From: Chloroflexota bacterium
GTDB lineage: Bacteria; Chloroflexota; UBA11872; VXOZ01
Assembly (NCBI GenBank): GCA_963662335.2
Contig: CAXXVD010000003.1
Span: 448,001-512,000 of the forward strand
DNA length: 64,000 nt
Direction: 5' to 3'
This document shows positions 59,102 through 64,000 of this stretch, piece by piece; position 1 is the stretch's first letter, and each line of letters begins with the position of its first letter. The notes below the pieces were generated by a model. It did not search any database and had not been told where the DNA came from. It was given only the letters and a program-made list of their open reading frames with translations. The position numbers were made by a program, and so were the translations under genes.

Positions 59102-59982
59102 CGGTCGGGCGCTTGCCCGCCGGGTGTTTCCGCGCCGGCCGGCGTCCCGCCGCCGCTTTCCACGCCCCCATCGAGCGGGGCAAGCACGGTCACCCGCGGC
59201 GCGCCGAGCGCCGGGTCGTGCGCCACCGTCGCCTCCACGTTGAAGACGTGCGCCAGGTTCTCCGGCGTAAGCACGTCGGCCACCGTTCCCCGCGCGTGCG
59301 CCTTGCCCCGATGCAGCAGCGCCAGCCGGTCGCAGTAGCGCGCCGCCAGGTTGAGGTCGTGCACCACGGCAATGGCGGCAAGCCCCTGGCGCACCAGGCC
59401 GCGAATCAGTCCAAACACCTGGAGTTGGTGCTGCACGTCCAGCCCGGCGGTCGGCTCGTCCAGCAAAAGCAGGCGCGGCTGCTGCGTGAGCGCCCGCGCC
59501 AGGAGCACCCGCTGCCGCTCACCGGCGGAAAGTTCGGTGATCACGCGCGCGGCGAACTCCTCGGTACCGGTCTCCGCCAGGCTCTGCCGCGCAATGGCGC
59601 GGTCCCGCGCGCCCTCGGCCTGAAACCGCCCCAAATGGGGATTGCGCCCCATCAAGACCACCTCCAGGCACGTAAACGCGAAATCGAGCGTGGCGCTCTG
59701 GGGCAGGAGCGCGATCCGGCGCGCGATCTCCTGGGGCGATTGGCGCGACAGGTCTCTGCCGTCCAGTCGCACCTGGCCGGCGTCGGGCGCGAGCAACCGG
59801 CTGAGGCACTTGAGCAGAGTCGTCTTGCCCGCGCCATTGGGCCCAATGAGACCCAGCAGACTCCCGCCGCGCACCTCCAGCGAAACGTCCTCCAATAACC
59901 GCGCCAGGCCTACGGCATAGGAAACGTCTTCGGCGCTGAGCGCGGCGCCGGCGCTGCGCCTGGTATCAGGCGGGGCGCTCAT
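59098..59982 (-). CDS. Cobalamin/iron-chelate ABC transporter ATPase (BtuD/FepC-like)
   Basis: GPNGAGKTT, LSAGERQR, LLLDEPT and HDLNLA. Confidence 0.95.
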   Translation of the reverse strand: MSAPPDTRRSAGAALSAEDVSYAVGLARLLEDVSLEVRGGSLLGLIGPNGAGKTTLLKCLSRLLAPDAGQVRLDGRDLSRQSPQEIARRIALLPQSATLDFAFTCLEVVLMGRNPHLGRFQAEGARDRAIARQSLAETGTEEFAARVITELSAGERQRVLLARALTQQPRLLLLDEPTAGLDVQHQLQVFGLIRGLVRQGLAAIAVVHDLNLAARYCDRLALLHRGKAHARGTVADVLTPENLAHVFNVEATVAHDPALGAPRVTVLAPLDGGVESGGGTPAGAETPGGQAPDR

Positions 59983-61049
59983 AGAATCGTGCCCGCGCGC
60001 CGCTGGCGGTAGAGCAGGTAGAGGAAGAAGGGCGCGCCAAAGAAAGCGGTGATCAGCCCCACCCGCAACTCCTGCGGCCGCAAGAGCAGTCGCGAGCCGA
60101 AGTCCGCCCACGTGAGCAGTACCGCGCCGGTGAGTAGACTGGTGGGCAGCACGAGGCGGTGATCCGGCCCCACCACCAGGCGCACCATGTGCGGCACCAC
60201 CAGGCCGACGAAGCCGATGATGCCGCTCACCGCTACGGCCACCGCCGTTATCAGCGCCGCCAGCGTCAGCATGATCAGGCGCACGCGGCGCACGTCCACG
60301 CCCATGCTGCGGGCGGTGTCCTCGCCCAAGGCCATCAGATTGAGGTCGCGCCCGAAGCAGAGCAGGAGCAGACTGCCGATGACGATGAACGGCAGGATGA
60401 GTTGCACGTGGGTCCAACTGCGCGCGCCCAGACTGCCCGTGAGCCAGAAGACGATCTCGCGCATGGCGTTGACGTCCGCCGTGAGCGTGAGCGCCGCCGA
60501 GATGACGGCGCCGATGAAGGCTTGCACCGCCACGCCGGCCAGGATCATCGTCATGAGCGGGTCTACGCCCCGCGCGGCCGCCAGCAGGTAGACCAGCATC
60601 ACCGCGCCCAGCGCGCCCAAGAAGGCCAGCGCCGGGGTCGCTAGATAGTGCAGGCTGCGCAGGCCGAAGTGAATGGCAATCACCGCGCCCAGCGCGCCGC
60701 CCGCGGAGACGCCGATGATGCCGGGGTCGGCGAGCGGATTGCGGAAGACGCCCTGCATGGTGGCGCCGGCCAGCGCCAGCGCCGCGCCCACCAGCGCCGC
60801 CGTCAGCGCGCGCGGCAAGCGCACGTGGCTGATGACGCTCCAGTGCACGTCGCTCGCCGCCGCGCCGATGGGCAGTCCCAGCCGCTGCGCGACGATGGAC
60901 GCCGTAACGCCCAGGGGCACGTCCACGGCGCCAAACGCCATGGTGACCACGAACGAGAGCACGAGCAGCAGCGTGAGCAGGCCCAAAGCCAACGCCAATC
61001 TGAGTGCCAGCGGCGCTTGGACGTCCAGTGTCCGCCGCAGCACGCTCAC
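59979..61049 (-). CDS. BtuC/FecCD-family permease
   Basis: RLPRAL, FRNPLADPGIIG, LGEDTARSMG and IGFVGLVVPH. Confidence 0.95.
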   Translation of the reverse strand: MSVLRRTLDVQAPLALRLALALGLLTLLLVLSFVVTMAFGAVDVPLGVTASIVAQRLGLPIGAAASDVHWSVISHVRLPRALTAALVGAALALAGATMQGVFRNPLADPGIIGVSAGGALGAVIAIHFGLRSLHYLATPALAFLGALGAVMLVYLLAAARGVDPLMTMILAGVAVQAFIGAVISAALTLTADVNAMREIVFWLTGSLGARSWTHVQLILPFIVIGSLLLLCFGRDLNLMALGEDTARSMGVDVRRVRLIMLTLAALITAVAVAVSGIIGFVGLVVPHMVRLVVGPDHRLVLPTSLLTGAVLLTWADFGSRLLLRPQELRVGLITAFFGAPFFLYLLYRQRRAGTIL

Positions 61050-62041
61050 GGCACGAGCTCGGGGTGGAGCAGCCGTGCCACGTCGTAGACGCCTGCCACG
61101 ATATAGTGCGAGAGCGTGGAGAGATGGCGCGCGGGCACGGTGTGGATGCGGCCGTTGCGCTTGGCGTTCACGTTTGCCAGGGCGGGATGATTGGCGAATG
61201 TTTCCCGCCACTCGGCATTGTCTTCAGGCGCGAACTCGTCGGTAATGATTACGTCCGGATTGAGTTCCACGATCTTCTCCAGCGAAATCTCGCCAAAGGG
61301 GCCGTCCAGCGCCTCGTCCCCGAGGTTTACGCCGCCGGCGCGCCGCACGATGTCGCTGAACGTCGAACCCGGCCCGGCGGAACTGCCAAAGGCGGTGTAG
61401 AAGAGCACGCGGGGTTTCACCTCAGCCTTAGCTACTTGCGCTTCGATCCGCGCGAGCCGCTTCGCCATGGCGGCGATGAGTTCCTCGGCCCGCGCCTCGT
61501 CGCCGGTGAGCCGCGCGACGAAACGGATGTTATCCGCTACCTGCGCCACCGAATCGAAGAGCGACACCACCACGACCGGTACGCCGGCGTCTCTGAGCAA
61601 CTTCAGGTGAGCGGGATCGTTATAGGTGGCGGCCAAGACGAGGTCCGGCTCCAGGGCGATTATCTGCTCCGGGTCGGACTGCACGGTATGCGCGACCTGC
61701 TTGGCTTGCTCGCTTACGTTCGTCCACAGCGAGTCTGCGGCCAGGTACGTGACGGCGCGCACGCGGGTTGTGTCTACCAACGAGAGCAGGATTTCGTCCG
61801 TCGCCAGGGTGAGCGAGACGATGCGCTGCGGCTTGTGCGCAATCGTGACCGCGTGTCCCGACCCATCCGTGATGGTGCGGGGAAAGCCCTGGCTGTCCGC
61901 CGGCGCTGCTGCCGTGGCGGCAGGCGCGGCTTCTTTGGTCTCCGGCGCGGCCGCCGGCTGCACGGCGCAACCGGCCAGCAACGCCGCCAGGCCGAGCAAT
62001 AGACTAATGAGCGAACGTCGCGTGCGCCTAGACGAATACAT
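61046..62041 (-). CDS. BtuF/FecB-family substrate-binding lipoprotein
   Basis: LAGC lipobox, PQRIVSL, EQIIALEPDLVL and ISLEKIVELNPDVII. Confidence 0.92.
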   Translation of the reverse strand: MYSSRRTRRSLISLLLGLAALLAGCAVQPAAAPETKEAAPAATAAAPADSQGFPRTITDGSGHAVTIAHKPQRIVSLTLATDEILLSLVDTTRVRAVTYLAADSLWTNVSEQAKQVAHTVQSDPEQIIALEPDLVLAATYNDPAHLKLLRDAGVPVVVVSLFDSVAQVADNIRFVARLTGDEARAEELIAAMAKRLARIEAQVAKAEVKPRVLFYTAFGSSAGPGSTFSDIVRRAGGVNLGDEALDGPFGEISLEKIVELNPDVIITDEFAPEDNAEWRETFANHPALANVNAKRNGRIHTVPARHLSTLSHYIVAGVYDVARLLHPELVP

Positions 62042-62190
62042 AGAGTCCCTTCCTTTGGGGTGGGTGATGCAGCGAAGCGGCATCGCCAAGATGCCGGCAA
62101 GAGCGCACGCTCTGGAGGAGCGCAGGTCGGCGCGACCGCATGGTTGGCGCGAGCGTACGAGCCACTGCGCTGCGCCGGTTCCGGCGCGGT

Positions 62191-62267
62191 TGGCCTCCCT
62201 GGGGCGACTCGAACGCCCGACACGCAGTTTAGGAAACTGCTGCTCTATCCAACTGAGCTACAGGGAG
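62191..62267 (-). tRNA. tRNA-Arg(CCT)
   Basis: Complete cloverleaf, anticodon loop TTCCTAA, A20 in the D-loop and encoded CCA. Confidence 0.96.
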
Positions 62268-62692
62268 TTGCCGAGACGCATACGCGGGTGCTTAATCCCA
62301 TTATGCCGTAGCTGCACGATCCCTGCATGGCGATTACCGCTTGCTATATATTGTGTGGCGGCAAGTCTAAAACACAATATATTGGCTTGTCAAGGAAAAA
62401 CGCGCGCTTGCGAGAAGAGTTCCTCGAAACACGTGTGCCGGTGAAACCTATTTTCGTTTCCGCCAGCGAGATTGAGTCAGCGCGGCATCTAAGCGGGGAA
62501 ACTGCCCGTCACAATTAAATTGGCTAGAGAAAGAGGCTTCATGGGGCTAGACGAGGCTACGCCCAACGGGATGCCGACAGCATAGTCAGCATGGCAAAGC
62601 CGCTGCGCTAAGCATTCCCTTGCGTGGGCGGCTAGTCAGATGAATGGTTCCCCCAGCTAACTACCCTCTTTCATGCTCGACTCTTTCCGAGC

Positions 62693-62722
62693 AAAACCCC
62701 CCGCCACTCGGCGGGGGGTTTT
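62693..62722. terminator. Hairpin terminator after the protease gene
   Basis: AAAACCCCCCGCC/GGCGGGGGGTTTT. Confidence 0.8.
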
Positions 62723-62733
62723 GACTTCCGAGA

Positions 62734-63189
62734 CTAGCCGGTGGGAGGAACACCGTTTTGAATAGTCTCAGCGCCTGATCTCCCGTCATAATTCATGACG
62801 AAGTCTCGCAGGAACGATCTGCCAAGAATCGCTAGATGCTGTTGGCCTCCCGCGTGAAGGTACACCCCAGAAAATCTCCCGTAGAGGAAACTATCTAGAG
62901 CCGGAATGGAAACTTGGGCTAAGTACTCTGGCACAAACCCTGTCCCGTGAGCGCCTGCGACCTTCCCTTCCCCAACAAGCGGCAGTTTCAAGTACTTGGC
63001 GAGCGCTACATCGATTGCACTGAGGGTTGCGCCCGTATCAACCAACGCGGAGAATTTCTCAGGCGGAAGTGTGGGGGCTCTAGCCTTTCCGGTGAAATAG
63101 TCAAAGTCGAATCCTACTTTAACTTCAAGGCTAGGGCCGTCCGTGAATAGTTGCAATGGGTCATTGGGTTGACAAACAGCAAAGCTCAT
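62734..63189 (-). CDS. Retropepsin-like aspartyl protease
   Basis: ALVDTGAT and AILGRSFL; ATGA overlap with the upstream gene. Confidence 0.9.
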   Translation of the reverse strand: MSFAVCQPNDPLQLFTDGPSLEVKVGFDFDYFTGKARAPTLPPEKFSALVDTGATLSAIDVALAKYLKLPLVGEGKVAGAHGTGFVPEYLAQVSIPALDSFLYGRFSGVYLHAGGQQHLAILGRSFLRDFVMNYDGRSGAETIQNGVPPTG

Positions 63190-63422
63190 CGCCCAACACC
63201 GTAGACCATAGACGGCAAAACGACCTCCGGTTCTCCGATCTCCTTGATCAGATAAGGGCCGCGCCCAAAACGCTGCACCGCTGCGCGCGCAGCATCTTCC
63301 AGGTTGCCGTACGTGCCAACAACCTTTTCGCCCTTGATTACGATGATCTTGCCCATGTGTTTTGACTCAAGCTCTGTACGCATCTCCTCAAAGACAGCGT
63401 ACTCTTGCGCTAGCTCTTGCAT
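63186..63422 (-). CDS. Small DUF5678-like protein
   Basis: EYAVFEEMRTELESKHMGKIIVIKG...FGRGPYLIKEI. Confidence 0.78.
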   Translation of the reverse strand: MQELAQEYAVFEEMRTELESKHMGKIIVIKGEKVVGTYGNLEDAARAAVQRFGRGPYLIKEIGEPEVVLPSMVYGVGR

Positions 63423-63494
63423 GGGACGGCGTCCTTTGGTCTTTTGACCTAAACCCAACTCAAGCCACCTACATTCAGTATACGTTTGTCAGTT

Positions 63495-63720
63495 TCAAAC
63501 GTACACCCCGCAAACCCATCGCATGAACCCATCCCACGGCATTTTCAACGCGCGCGAATGGCGCTCATGCGCCGCCGCGCCAATGTAGCGGTTGGTACGT
63601 TGTACTGTCAAGCAGTAGCGCTGAACGGCAAGCGCGCGCTTCACCAGTAACCGGAAAGCCTCGATGGTGTTCGTGTGCCTAGCACCGTCCACATATTGCT
63701 TGCTGTGGCTGATGCGTAGA
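63495..63720 (-). pseudogene. Degenerate IS1595-family transposase fragment
   Basis: ISHSKQYVDGARHTNTIEAF.LLVKR resembles the IS1595 motif VNH...YV.G..HTNTIE.FW.LLKR. Confidence 0.75.
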
Positions 63721-63762
63721 CGCCGCGTCTAGCCGGGGAGTCTTTCATAAGTGCGGTGGTGA

Positions 63763-64000
63763 TTACCAATACCGCATCGCGTCCGCGAACATGCGCGCCA
63801 GGTCGTCCGCCGTGGCCTGGCGTGGCGAGAGTTTCGTGACGCGGTGCTGCGGCAGCGTGCCTTCCACCAGCGCCGGTATGTCCGCGCTCGTGTAGCCCAC
63901 GGCGCTCAGGCCGTTCGGAATCTGCAACTCTTGCATTATGGAAATCAGGCGGTCGGCCAGCACCTTGCCGGCGTCTCGCGGTTTCGTCCGGCTCACGTCC
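63763..64000 (-). CDS. Iron-containing alcohol dehydrogenase/hydroxyacid-oxoacid transhydrogenase, C-terminal part (truncated by the window edge)
   Basis: IPNGLSAVGY...DIPALVEGTLPQHRVTKLSPR. Confidence 0.8.
   Translation of the reverse strand, partial: DVSRTKPRDAGKVLADRLISIMQELQIPNGLSAVGYTSADIPALVEGTLPQHRVTKLSPRQATADDLARMFADAMRYW

Noticed and set aside
62042-62190. Cobalamin riboswitch upstream of the Btu-like operon
   Set aside because: No recognisable B12-box or conserved GGGAA elements, so the substrate remains unassigned

Overview
A GC-rich bacterial chromosomal window. Its gene content (PhyH dioxygenase, sulfatase, amidohydrolases, enolase-superfamily dehydratases, lone Tat-lipoprotein solute-binding proteins) suggests a Chloroflexota-like host-associated heterotroph; this is inference only. 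Core genes (hisF, fumC, coaX-coaBC, groES plus a divergent groEL, mmsA/iolA-like, PduO-type adenosyltransferase, class I aldolase, a Btu/Fec-type ABC system, tRNA-Arg(CCU)) alternate with small, visibly lower-GC islands. At least seven families of short palindromic repeats occur throughout, and three copies sit inside reading frames. The most notable observations are: (1) a Thr1 proteasome-beta/Ntn-type protease overlapped by a 74-aa peptide with GG followed by repeated Y-x-P-P units; (2) a well-formed tRNA with its own promoter, an Arg-type class I body and a Ser anticodon (GCU); (3) a stand-alone small structured transcript carrying a 14-nt complement of the typical 16S rRNA 3' end; (4) IS1595-derived cargo elements, one with intact inverted repeats and an 8-bp target duplication; (5) two copies of a small-protein/retropepsin gene pair and two unannotated LATKADI microproteins; (6) a 7x17-bp GANTC array, a frameshifted restriction-modification fusion, several toxin-less antitoxins, and an erm-like methyltransferase with an overlapping leader ORF. 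All family assignments come from motif recognition by eye, not from database searches.
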